A DNA stretch of 64,000 nucleotides from an archaeon (GTDB lineage Archaea > Thermoproteota > Nitrososphaeria > Nitrososphaerales > JACAEJ01). The notes beneath the pieces were generated by a model. The model was not told the DNA's origin and searched no databases. It saw only the letters and a program-made list of their open reading frames with translations. Shown piece by piece: positions 49,382 through 58,402 of the stretch. Location of the stretch: NCBI GenBank assembly GCA_024256285.1, contig JACGUG010000001.1, forward strand, positions 93,771 through 157,770, in the 5' to 3' direction. Both the position numbers and the translations under genes were made by a program. Each line of letters starts with the position of its first letter. The first letter of the stretch is position 1.

Positions 49382-51417
49382 CTTTAAAATCCATAAGCCT
49401 CAAGAATATCCGAAGTTATAGAGAAACCAGTCCTCCAATAGAGTTCCCACAAGGCACAGTCCTTTTTGAGGGAGATATCGGCTCTGGCAAGTCGACCATC
49501 CTTTACGCTATCGAATTCGCCCTCTTTGGACTGGGCTCCCTTAAGGGGACCTTCCTTCTTAGAAACGGGGCTTCCCGAGGTTCTGTAACTCTTAGGTTCG
49601 AAGTTGATGGTAAAGAGTATGAGGTGTATCGAACTTTAGTTAAAAAGGGTAAAGGAGTGCACCAGGGCGACTGTTACATCAAAGGCCCTCATGATAAGGA
49701 ACCCCTCTCACCCAGTGAGCTAAAGGGAAGGATACTCCAGATTCTCAAGTTTAATGAGCCTTCCGATCCTAAAGCCCAGAGCATCATCTACAGGTACGCA
49801 ATCTTCACGCCTCAAGAAGAAATGAAAGAAGTGATACTCAAAAAGGCTGATGAGAGGCTCCAGACACTTAGAAGGGCCTTCAGGATCGAGGACTATAAGA
49901 TCGCTGCTCAGAACTCTTCGGCCCTCATCTCCTTTCTGAAAGGGAGGGTCGAATATTTGAGAGGCGCTACTGCTGATCTAGACCAGAGAAGGAAAGACCT
50001 TGAGCAGAAGAATAAAGATATCGAGAAGTTCAAAAGCCATCTAAAGCCCCTCAAAGAGGATGAAGGGAAGCTAAAAGGGGGATACGAAAAGAAGAGGGGT
50101 GAACTGAAGAAGTTAGAAGAAGCAAGGGAGAAGATAAAACAGATCGAAGCAAAAATTCCTTTGTTAAAGAGCCAGATAAGTGATAAGGTTAGATTGAGAA
50201 ATGAGGCTGGTAGGGATCTTCAAAAACTTGGAAAGAAGGTCGAAGATGAGCTTGAGCCGAAGATAGTTGAGCTTGAGAATGTAGATAAACCGACCGAGAA
50301 AACGGTGGCGGTGCTCAAGAGGGAGCTTGTTGATATACGAGATAGGCTGAAGAAAGAAAGAGACCAAAAGGCGAAATTGGATGAGAGGGTAGAGAACATC
50401 GAATCGATACTTGAAAAAAGAATCTGTCCGACATGTGAAAGAGAAATCGATCCTAAAGAGTTCGGTAGCAAGGCTGAACATTTAGAGTATGAAAGAGAGA
50501 TTCTGCAAGAGCAGATCGAAAGATTGGAGAAGGATGCCGAGACTATAGAAGGACTGATAGATAAGGTAAGGAGATACGATGATGCACAAAAAGACCTGAA
50601 GCAACTATATCCCCAATTGAAGGATGTTCATGAAGAGATTGAGAAGAGGAAGGAGACGATCAAGGAACTTGATGTTGGCATAAGGAAACTGGAAGATGAG
50701 CTTAGGTCTGCAGAGGGAGAAACCAAACCTCTTCAGTCAGTTCTAGAGAGAATCGAAGGTCTTGGTAAGGAAGTAAGAGAACTAGAGGACAGGCTCAGTG
50801 AGATAAGGAAGAGCATCGTTGCTATAGAGAAGGACATCCAACGCTCTCAAGAAGACAAGGCCAAAATGGAGCAAGAGATCGCCCTAAAGGAGAGGCAGTT
50901 GAAATTGAAGGACTCGATAAATGAATACAAGATCTGGCTCGATGAGTACTTCGTTCCAACATTAGAGAACATCGAGAGGCACGTCATGGCGACTATCAAC
51001 CAAAGGTTCAATCAACACCTCCAAAGATGGTTTGACATTCTCATCGAGGGCTCTGAGTTACAGGTTAGAGTGGATGAAGACTTTACTCCGATTATAGAGA
51101 GGGATGGATATGAGCAAGACTACCTCTCCTTGAGCGGTGGAGAGAAGACGAGCGTAGCTCTTGCCTATAGGCTAGCTCTGAACACGATCGTTCAAGAAGT
51201 TGCAACAGGTGGAGTAGCCAACCTTCTCATACTGGATGAACCGACCGACGGCTTCAGCAGGGAGCAGCTCTTTAAGATAAGAGAGATTCTTGATGAATTG
51301 AAGTGCCCTCAAGTGATAATAGTTTCACATGAACGTGAGTTAGAAGGATTTGCAGACTATGTGTTTAGAATCGAGAAGGAGCACGGCATTTCAAGGATAG
51401 TTCCTCGATCAAAGTAG
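49378..51417 (+). CDS. rad50: Rad50 ATPase
   Basis: Walker A GDIGSGKST, long coiled coil with a CPTC zinc hook, signature LSGGE and Walker B LLILDEPT. At 679 aa it is on the short side. Confidence 0.88.
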   Translation: MTLKSISLKNIRSYRETSPPIEFPQGTVLFEGDIGSGKSTILYAIEFALFGLGSLKGTFLLRNGASRGSVTLRFEVDGKEYEVYRTLVKKGKGVHQGDCYIKGPHDKEPLSPSELKGRILQILKFNEPSDPKAQSIIYRYAIFTPQEEMKEVILKKADERLQTLRRAFRIEDYKIAAQNSSALISFLKGRVEYLRGATADLDQRRKDLEQKNKDIEKFKSHLKPLKEDEGKLKGGYEKKRGELKKLEEAREKIKQIEAKIPLLKSQISDKVRLRNEAGRDLQKLGKKVEDELEPKIVELENVDKPTEKTVAVLKRELVDIRDRLKKERDQKAKLDERVENIESILEKRICPTCEREIDPKEFGSKAEHLEYEREILQEQIERLEKDAETIEGLIDKVRRYDDAQKDLKQLYPQLKDVHEEIEKRKETIKELDVGIRKLEDELRSAEGETKPLQSVLERIEGLGKEVRELEDRLSEIRKSIVAIEKDIQRSQEDKAKMEQEIALKERQLKLKDSINEYKIWLDEYFVPTLENIERHVMATINQRFNQHLQRWFDILIEGSELQVRVDEDFTPIIERDGYEQDYLSLSGGEKTSVALAYRLALNTIVQEVATGGVANLLILDEPTDGFSREQLFKIREILDELKCPQVIIVSHERELEGFADYVFRIEKEHGISRIVPRSK

Positions 51418-51465
51418 TATCAGATACGAAAAACCTTTTTAATCGTTTGCTATCCGGATATATAC

Positions 51466-51593
51466 GGGTCGGTCGTCTAGAGAATGAGGGTCTATACGGA
51501 AACTCTCTTTCGGAGAACTTGGTTAGGACAACAGCTTAAGGCTGTCACGCTCTGACACGGCGTAGGTCCCAGGTTCAAATCCTGGCCGACCCA
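51466..51593 (+). tRNA. tRNA-Leu(UAA)-like gene with a roughly 40-nt insertion in the D-arm
   Basis: Acceptor GGGUCGG/CCGACCC, T arm CCAGG-UUCAAAU-CCUGG, D stem GUCU/GGAC split by the insert, CUUAAGG loop and a long variable region. A CTTTTTAA box lies about 26 nt upstream. The anticodon arm does not fold canonically by hand. Confidence 0.6.
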
Positions 51594-51594
51594 C
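51585..51594. repeat. tRNA-Leu 3' end copy of a 10-nt direct repeat GCCGACCCAC
   Basis: An identical 10-mer recurs at 52211..52220, 626 nt downstream, bracketing tspO. Confidence 0.45.
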
Positions 51595-51685
51595 CTTAAC
51601 CCTTTGAGAGAAACGCATAGTGCGCGCGTCATAAGTCGACGATTGTTTTAAAAAGGCGGTGGGAGAAGGTATTGTTGGTGTCCAG

Positions 51686-52165
51686 ATGCGTGTTGGGAAT
51701 GTTGGGAAACTTGTCATAGCTATCGTGCTGTGTGAGTTAGCGGGTGTTGTTGGTTCAGTGTTTACGTATCCGTCGATTCCTACTTGGTATGCCTCGCTTC
51801 AGAAGCCGAGTTTTAACCCGCCAAACTGGCTTTTTGCGCCTGTCTGGCTGATTCTCTTTGCGCTCATGGGCGTCTCAGCCTATTTGGTATGGAGTAAGGG
51901 GCTAGAATCCGAAGGGGTAAAAGCAGCGCTGTTCATTTTTGTGGTTCAGCTAGTGTTGAACGTGTTGTGGTCAATCGTCTTCTTTGGGCTGCATTCCATA
52001 TTTTACAGTTTTGTTATAATCATTGTGCTTTGGATTGCAATTGCGTTGACAATAACAGCGTTTGTTAGGGTCTCCAAAAAGGCGGGAGCGCTGTTGCTTC
52101 CGTATATACTTTGGGTCAGTTTTGCGTCGGTTCTCAATTACTATATTTGGCTCCTTAACCCTTAA
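51686..52165 (+). CDS. tspO: TspO/MBR family tryptophan-rich sensory protein
   Basis: WYASLQKPSFNPPNWLFAPVWLILFALMGVSAYLVW is the TspO signature. There are five hydrophobic helices. I prefer the ATG at 51686. Confidence 0.85.
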   Translation: MRVGNVGKLVIAIVLCELAGVVGSVFTYPSIPTWYASLQKPSFNPPNWLFAPVWLILFALMGVSAYLVWSKGLESEGVKAALFIFVVQLVLNVLWSIVFFGLHSIFYSFVIIIVLWIAIALTITAFVRVSKKAGALLLPYILWVSFASVLNYYIWLLNP

Positions 52166-52210
52166 AATTGGCGCGCTCAAGTTGGACTTGAACCCGTTTG
52201 GGTACAGAAA

Positions 52211-52220
52211 GCCGACCCAC
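52211..52220. repeat. distal copy of GCCGACCCAC (att-like)
   Basis: Exact 10-nt match to the tRNA-Leu acceptor 3' strand plus discriminator, in the same orientation. Confidence 0.45.
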
Positions 52221-52393
52221 TATTTGCCTCTTGGAACAAAGCCTCTTCCAAAAAATACAGATATCACTTTTGCCGTCTCCTTGAACCTTACCCTTTAGAG
52301 CACCGATTGAAAGTCACAGATGAAGTCAGAAGTTCAAAGGAGTTCGAAGAAGGCTTATAGAGCTTTAGTCATATTCAAAGAAAGGACGAAAAG

Positions 52394-52666
52394 TTAAGAC
52401 TTCGACTCTTGTTGAGATGTATCGGTTTTTGGCTCCTCCTTCTCCTTCTTAAATACACCAAATACAATAAATCCTAAACCGAGGGCTGTAAGGATGCCGC
52501 CTGATATCTCCATCAACTGACCTACATTATACTCGCTCTCATAAAACCAGATCAAGTGAGACGGAATAGCAGCTATCCTTTGATACCCTGTTAAAAAGTA
52601 AAAGATGCCTATAACTGTAAGAAAGATCCCGATCGCTAAAATTCCACCCTTCACTTTCATGATCAT
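52394..52666 (-). CDS. small membrane protein, hypothetical
   Basis: 90 aa with three hydrophobic segments and an acidic/polar tail. Confidence 0.45.
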   Translation of the reverse strand: MIMKVKGGILAIGIFLTVIGIFYFLTGYQRIAAIPSHLIWFYESEYNVGQLMEISGGILTALGLGFIVFGVFKKEKEEPKTDTSQQESKS

Positions 52667-52765
52667 CTCTTACTTTTATTTTCTATATATATCCTTTTAA
52701 TCAGTAAATACACTGATATGCCAGAGGCTATACAAAACCATCTTTGCCAAATAAAAGTAGAAATG

Positions 52766-53353
52766 TTAGTCCATATCTTTAGTCCTCCCTTTGCTCGGCT
52801 CTTTTATGAACTTAAGGGCTATCATGAATCCGAAGACGATCAAGATCGAACATACGAGGAATGCACTTCTAAACCCAAAGGTATCAGCCAGCCATCCTCC
52901 TGCAGATGGACCAACGACCCAACCAAGGTACCATACCATACTGTACATACCCATGGCTGTCCCACGAGTATCTGATGGCACAGTGTCGGCAATGAGTGCC
53001 GTTGTAGTAGCACCAAGAGCAGACCATCCGACTCCTTCTAAGACCTGAATCGGGAAAACCTCTAGAAAGGTTCCGACCAGCGAATAGAGTAGAAACACGA
53101 CAAAAAAGATCGCCATCGAAGTTATCATGATGGGTTTTCTGCCTATCTTATCAGAGAGCTTTCCGAAAAGTGGGGCTCCAATCACTCCAGATAGTGAGCC
53201 GATTGTGAATATCAATCCAACCTGAAAAGTCGATGCGCCAAGTTCTTGAGATACATAGAGGGCGAAGATAGAATATACGATTCCTGAGCAGACCATCAAA
53301 GGAAATATCGATATGTAGATGAAGTATAGATGCTTTTTGTATGTCAAAACCAT
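52766..53353 (-). pseudogene. MFS transporter, N-terminal six-helix half only
   Basis: 195 aa with the MFS loop motif GKLSDKIGRKP. It stops in what would be the central cytoplasmic loop, and no TM7-12 coding sequence follows. Confidence 0.5.
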
Positions 53354-53540
53354 CTCCTTCTGCTCTTTTTATACGGACTTTATAAGTAATCACTTCTCTA
53401 TGCCTACTGTCGATAGTCATAGATTCGCCTTTACCTTCTACCTTTTTATCGGCAAGAAAAAAGCACTCGGCCATAAACGGCTTGGGAATACGTTCTTAAC
53501 ACTGCAGATAAATTATTTTTCAGATAACTGCCGTTGTCGA

Positions 53541-53774
53541 TTATTCTTCAACGACAATCATAGTCAAAGTGGATTTGATATTAGGCAATCGGCGGATCTT
53601 CCAAGTTAAGACTTCCTTAAGCTTCTCCAGAGACTCCGCCTCAACCTTGATTATAGTATCGTAAACACCGTAAACACGATGGGCTTCCTTGATACCCTTT
53701 ATTTTCTTTAACTCATTGAGCAACTCATCTTCAGAGCCAGTTTTGACATTAAGCAGGACAAAAGCAGAAGTCAT
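53541..53774 (-). CDS. stand-alone Lrp/AsnC ligand-binding (RAM) domain protein
   Basis: 77 aa: AFVLLNVKTGSEDELLNELKKIKGIKEAHRVYGVYDTIIKVEAES. Confidence 0.65.
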   Translation of the reverse strand: MTSAFVLLNVKTGSEDELLNELKKIKGIKEAHRVYGVYDTIIKVEAESLEKLKEVLTWKIRRLPNIKSTLTMIVVEE

Positions 53775-53901
53775 ATTCTTTCGATAATTGTAAAAGGTAT
53801 CATTAAAAAGTTGTTGCTATAAATCACAGCGAATATCCTTGCTGGTGGTAACGAACTAAAGGAAGATCAGATAGAGCCAACGCCTAATCTTAAGATGTTG
53901 A

Positions 53902-53973
53902 TGGACCGGACGGGATTCGAACCCGTGACCGCCCGAGTGCAAGTCGGGTATTCTACCACTGAACTACCGGCCC
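53902..53973 (-). tRNA. tRNA-Ala(UGC)
   Basis: Hand fold: acceptor GGGCCGG/CCGGUCC with G3:U70, anticodon stem CCCGA/UCGGG, loop CUUGCAC, T arm ACGGG-UUCGAAU-CCCGU. 72 nt, no intron. Confidence 0.88.
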
Positions 53974-54062
53974 ATCGGTATTTTACCTTAAATTGAGATT
54001 TTTAACGATTTCTTATTTCCACGTAAAGCATAAAAGTGTATGGCAACTTTAGCGTATACGGT

Positions 54063-54150
54063 GGGCCGGTAGCTCAGTATGGTTAGAGCGTTCAGCTGAT
54101 AACACCTCTCAGATACTGAAAGGTCGGGAGTTCAAATCTCCTCCGGCCCA
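54063..54150 (+). tRNA. tRNA-Ile(GAU) with a 13-nt intron at 37/38
   Basis: Acceptor GGGCCGG/CCGGCCC, D arm GCUC-AGUAUGGUUA-GAGC, anticodon stem UUCAG/CUGAA, loop CUGAUA[intron 54102..54114]A, T arm GGGAG-UUCAAAU-CUCCU. The intron UCAG pairs with the loop CUGA. Confidence 0.85.
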
Positions 54151-54314
54151 CTAGTTAAAGAGTATATTAAAACTGCATTTGCTCGTCTTTATCTTATCTT
54201 ATCTTGTCAAAGTGCCTACCATCGGCTGGGAGCCCCATCTACTCTAAAAGGCTCTTTCGAATGAACCTTAACTATAGAGCTAGTAGATCGATCTTTAAGC
54301 GATGAAAAGAGGGA

Positions 54315-54767
54315 CTAAGCTGTCTTCTTTCCCGCTTCTGGTCCAGGGGATTGGTTATAGACTTCAACAGGTTCGAGAAGCCATACGCCACGTATCTCAA
54401 AGCCCATCTTCTTCAAAACGTCTCTGAAGTTCTCGTATATAGGACCCGATGTTTCAAAGCTTTTCACTCTACATCTTGCCTGATATCCTAGGAATTGACC
54501 TTTTTCCATTGCAACTTTGACCGCTAAAGTCGAGACTTTTTCACCAGTCTCCTTTGCCTTTTTAAGATTTTCATGAGCCTCTTTCATAAAGATAGCAGCG
54601 AAGGCTATTGTATTTGGGTTAGGGGCTCTCATAGACCCTATAGGTATCATGTGCAATTTTTCACCAGTTGATTTCGTAGCAAGAACTTTGATAGCCGAAG
54701 GATCGTTAAACAGATCTTGTACTTCCTTAGGTAATGGCATACTCCACCGACATATATTGGTGGCCAA
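54315..54767 (-). CDS. hypothetical protein, possibly a PNPOx-like FMN-binding split barrel
   Basis: 150 aa with weak resemblance only (IKVLATKSTGEKLHMIPIGS). The start may be the Met at residue 10. Confidence 0.3.
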   Translation of the reverse strand: MATNICRWSMPLPKEVQDLFNDPSAIKVLATKSTGEKLHMIPIGSMRAPNPNTIAFAAIFMKEAHENLKKAKETGEKVSTLAVKVAMEKGQFLGYQARCRVKSFETSGPIYENFRDVLKKMGFEIRGVWLLEPVEVYNQSPGPEAGKKTA

Positions 54768-54889
54768 GTGATTTATGTTTTGCTAAAAGAGGTTTCTTAA
54801 CTTGTAGAATTTTGAAGACCATCTATAAACTGGTTTATGATCAAATCTTGCATCTGATTGGTGTCAGTAGTATGAACCGTTGAATCTAT

Positions 54890-55075
54890 TTATTCTAATT
54901 CTTCTACTATTATCTTTTTAACCCCTGGTGTGAAGCGAACCTTTGCCCTCACCGGTGATTTTATTGGGAAAGGGAAACCAGTATCTTCCACCAAATCCTT
55001 AGGGAGATATAGAAAGTACCTTCCATCCTTCCTCTTAAAGATACTTCCAATACCTTCACTTACTATTTTCGACAC
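54890..55075 (-). CDS. AbrB/SpoVT-like small DNA-binding protein (orphan antitoxin-like)
   Basis: 61 aa. GRYFLYLPKDLVEDTGF...KVRF resembles the swapped-hairpin AbrB fold pattern. There is no adjacent toxin ORF. Confidence 0.35.
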   Translation of the reverse strand: MSKIVSEGIGSIFKRKDGRYFLYLPKDLVEDTGFPFPIKSPVRAKVRFTPGVKKIIVEELE

Positions 55076-55234
55076 CTTTTAGATTTTTATTTGATATTAT
55101 TTAATTAATATAATAATATTATAACATTGTTATAAACTTTGATGTAATGATAATGCTTAATTATCACGAGATGCTACGATCTCGTCGATGGGAGGTATGG
55201 AATTCTTGGTAAATGATCTGCGAAAAGATAGGAG

Positions 55235-55549
55235 GTGGAGAGCTTGCCTACTTTCTCTGTGAATATGAAGCACACCGTTGAATCATGTCCTCTGTTCAAC
55301 CCAGAGACGAAGAAGAAGTTCAAGGAGGTTATTGGAAAGAGAGGGGAAGCCGCTGAGAAGCATGGAGTCAAGGTCTTGAGTGCCTGGACCTCTATACTGA
55401 ATCATCTGATCTTCTACATAGTTGAGGCACCTTCTCAGAAGGCTGTGGAGGACTATTTCATAGAGATAGGCTTTGCCTTCTGGAACAACCTTGAAATTCG
55501 ACAAGTTAAGCTCGTCGAGGACGTATTGAGAGGCATCGAAAAATCTTAA
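55235..55549 (+). CDS. hypothetical small protein
   Basis: About 100 aa ORF. I recognise no motif and the start is uncertain. Confidence 0.35.
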   Translation: MESLPTFSVNMKHTVESCPLFNPETKKKFKEVIGKRGEAAEKHGVKVLSAWTSILNHLIFYIVEAPSQKAVEDYFIEIGFAFWNNLEIRQVKLVEDVLRGIEKS

Positions 55550-55891
55550 GAGAACTGGGAAGTATTTAATAGAGGTATATGAAATGATATTGACCGAAAA
55601 GCATTAGAAACCTCTTTCCTCCTTTTTTATGAAACCAAAAAGGAAGTAAATGAAAAGAACGCTCCAAGTCGAGCAAGTCCTAGAAGAGAAGCCCAACTTT
55701 CCCAGATACCTTTGCCTCTAACATGATTTATAATAAATCAACCTCTTGGCCTTCTCGAGTTCTCTTTCTTAAACTTTACAAGCAGATAGGAAGAGCGCAC
55801 TTGATAGAATTTTTTTAAGGACGATAGAAATGAAGGGGTTTAGAAGAATCTCAACTGAGTTGACATCGAAGACTCGACTTATTATCTATCA

Positions 55892-56248
55892 TTAGACGCC
55901 TTCCTTCTCCACCTTGGTGATATCCAGATAGACTTTGTCCCCTACCTTTAGTCCCGATTCTTCATACTCTTTCATATCCAACTTTATAGCAGTTACGAAT
56001 CTACCCATCGTCTGCCTCGATAGATTCGTGAAGGTTCGCTGTAAGTTCTTCATCAAATCCTCCATAGATGTGAAGGTCATTGCTTGTGGGCCAAATCTGG
56101 GCTGAGAAGACTCCCTTAACTCCCTAGGGTCGGATAATGAGACCAGCACATACGGTCCTCCGCTCGGATCTGCAGCGATTTCGATGACGATGTACTCCTT
56201 CTTCAACCCCATCCCTAATATATCCAAGGTTTCGCCCTTTATCAACAT
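55892..56248 (-). CDS. hypothetical protein
   Basis: 118 aa ORF with no recognisable motif. Confidence 0.35.
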   Translation of the reverse strand: MLIKGETLDILGMGLKKEYIVIEIAADPSGGPYVLVSLSDPRELRESSQPRFGPQAMTFTSMEDLMKNLQRTFTNLSRQTMGRFVTAIKLDMKEYEESGLKVGDKVYLDITKVEKEGV

Positions 56249-56397
56249 TACTGATAATCTTCATACTCAGATGAGGATTTGCCAAGTCGAGCCAGAACTT
56301 TCGAAGGAAAGTTCGGTGCAAAGGTAGATGATAAGGCAACAAGACTTCAAATATTCCTTTAAGGTAACTTAAGTCAATTATTTTATTAGTTAAGTTA

Positions 56398-56709
56398 TTG
56401 AGCGATAGAATAATGGGGCTTGATAAAGTCGCTGCGAAACCGAGCGGAAGATATTATTCCTTCTACAAAGGCAAGCCAAGTGGGAAATCTAGATTTGCTA
56501 CATTACTTCTCACAAAGAATTTTGTAAAGGTCAGAATACGAACTGATCCGAATACTTTTAGAGATAGTAAGCGTTGGACTGGTGATAAAATATACAAAGG
56601 ATGGTTCTTCAAAAAAGGAGAAGAAAGAGAATTCAGAGTAACCGAGAAGGGGCAAATAGATTATGCTATGGGACTAATAAAGCAGTCATATGAGATTAGT
56701 GGTGAATAA
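56398..56709 (+). CDS. hypothetical protein, DUF5655-like
   Basis: 103 aa. The pattern YYSFYKG...FATLLLTKNFVKVRIRTDP...DYAMGLIKQSYE is reminiscent of DUF5655 domains. Confidence 0.3.
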   Translation: MSDRIMGLDKVAAKPSGRYYSFYKGKPSGKSRFATLLLTKNFVKVRIRTDPNTFRDSKRWTGDKIYKGWFFKKGEEREFRVTEKGQIDYAMGLIKQSYEISGE

Positions 56710-56934
56710 TATTGTATAACTGAACTACCGTAATGAAGTAGCTAAGAAATCTACGTCTTTGTTAAGCGTTCTGATTCCAAAGAGTTGTTTTACTTTGGCT
56801 ACTTTAGCACTCTTGCTTTTTATTGCTGTTGATTCACCGAGATTTAAGCTTCTGTAGGTGACTTCCTCAAGAGGGATTCCCTGTCTTGCCCTATATGAAC
56901 TGTGAAAGAATTGCTGAAATGTTGGTTAAGGCAG

Positions 56935-57375
56935 TTACTTGACATCTTCTGGAAAGAGTTTCTTTCCTTTTTCTGTGTATTCGATAGCACCTATTTGTTT
57001 GAGCATATCCAATCCGTCATTGATGAACCGTCCCTCTACAAGTTTGCCATTAACTATGCGATAGATGGCAACAGCCGTCATGGTTACCTTCTTGCCAGTA
57101 GGGGCTAGTCCAAAAAATTCACCTGTATGGGTCCCCGTATAAGTAAGACGAACCCACACCTTATCCCCTTCAGCAATGATATCTTCAATAGTTTCATGCC
57201 AATCGGGGAAGCCTTTGAAACCCATGTTGAATAATTGTTTGAGACCTTCTCGATCGACTTTATTGGTGTGGTCAAAATAATCTGGTGCTATAAACTCGTC
57301 AAACCAGTCTAAGTTATGCTTATTATAGGCTTCAATCATCCTACGAACAATCGCCTTATTCTCTTCCAATGACAT
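56935..57375 (-). CDS. SnoaL-like ester cyclase family protein
   Basis: NKAIVRRMIEAYN...FPDWHETIEDIIAEGDKVWVRLTYTGTHTGEFFGLAPTGKKV is the classic ester cyclase pattern. ATG at 57375. Confidence 0.65.
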   Translation of the reverse strand: MSLEENKAIVRRMIEAYNKHNLDWFDEFIAPDYFDHTNKVDREGLKQLFNMGFKGFPDWHETIEDIIAEGDKVWVRLTYTGTHTGEFFGLAPTGKKVTMTAVAIYRIVNGKLVEGRFINDGLDMLKQIGAIEYTEKGKKLFPEDVK

Positions 57376-57732
57376 ATAACATCGCTCCTCCTTGATTCTC
57401 TTTTTTAACATTTAACAGTTGTGGTCTTCATGTGAGCATTTATTTCTCCAAAATGCTTTTCAACTTCTCTAATGATTTCTCGACTTGCTTTTCGAGTGTT
57501 CTAGCGAACAATTTGTAACTTCAGTAGATGCCGCATTTAATATTTTTATAGAAGTATTAGGAACTAGCGCGCGCGCAAGCTGAGGAAAAAGTAATCAAAA
57601 ATCTTTATGAACTAATTAGCAGACCACAACTCTGACCTTTAGAACGTATTTTTATCGAGAAAATATAACCCTTTGAGAAAGAAAAGGCTAGTGGAAAAGA
57701 TTTATAGAAAAAAATAGGGTTACGTGCTGGTG

Positions 57733-58402
57733 ATGGCGTGTTGTTCTCGTTTCTTCATCATATTCAATATTAAGTTATTCCCCAGTTGCAATTTTTGGAG
57801 TTCTTGTTGGATTAGCAGGTATACAGCATGGTATATTTGAGATACTTCAAGGCAATGTGGCCCCAAACGACATAATGATAGATGCAATTGGTCCTGCACA
57901 GAAGTTTTGGGAGTATGCAACTGAAACTGCTTTAACAATTATTCCCAATTTTTTAATTACCGGAATATTTGCAGTAATTTTTGGTCTCCTGGTCACGATA
58001 TGGGCGGGTGCATTCATTGATAAGAAATATGGCGCTTGGATCTTTGGGCTTTTATCACTCATTTTGTGGTTGGTTGGAGGAGGTTTTGCACCAATTTTTA
58101 TGTCGATATTAGGTTTTGCTGCTGCCACCCGGATAAATAAACCGTTAAAATGGTGGCGTAAACATCTCCCAGTTAATTTAAGAGGTTTCCTTTCTAGGTT
58201 ATGGGCTTGGTCTATAATCATCTATGTGTTAGTGTTTGCAATGGGTGTGGAAATCGCAATCTTTGGGTATCCTTTATTATGGGTCTTTGATGCAAACGTT
58301 ACTTACACTATTCAATGGACTCTAGCTTTAATTATGGTTGTGTTATGGCCAGTTTCTATCATTACCGCGTTGGCACATGATATTCGGAAAAAGGAGCATT
58401 AG
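57733..58402 (+). pseudogene. multi-pass membrane protein, apparent +1 frameshift in a C4 run
   Basis: The listed ORF starts at GTG 57857, but its frame is open from 57734 and already encodes a TM helix (PVAIFGVLVGLAGIQHG) with no start codon. An ATG at 57733 in the neighbouring frame joins it if one C of CCCC (57780..57783) is removed. Confidence 0.4.

Noticed and set aside
52167-52200. A tRNA-like sequence after tspO (minus strand GGGUUCAAGUCC...GAGCGCGCCA) considered as a real tRNA gene
   Set aside because: The T stem forms only 2 bp and there is no 5' acceptor strand, D arm or anticodon arm. At best it is a carried-over fragment, mentioned under the tspO finding.
56726-56931. An open frame continuing after the SnoaL-like gene stop (minus strand: ...YRSLNLGESTAIKSKSAKVAKVKQLFGIRTL...), vaguely like the LGEaeAI core of DUF3368/PIN proteins
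   Set aside because: It has no start codon and only about 66 codons. The similarity rests on a 7-residue pattern with a gap, so I cannot support it without a profile search.
57417-57631. An 11-bp inverted repeat, AGTTGTGGTCT (57417..57427) and AGACCACAACT (57621..57631), considered as MITE termini
   Set aside because: A rough estimate gives several 11-bp inverted pairs within 300 nt by chance in 64 kb. I saw no target-site duplication and no second copy.
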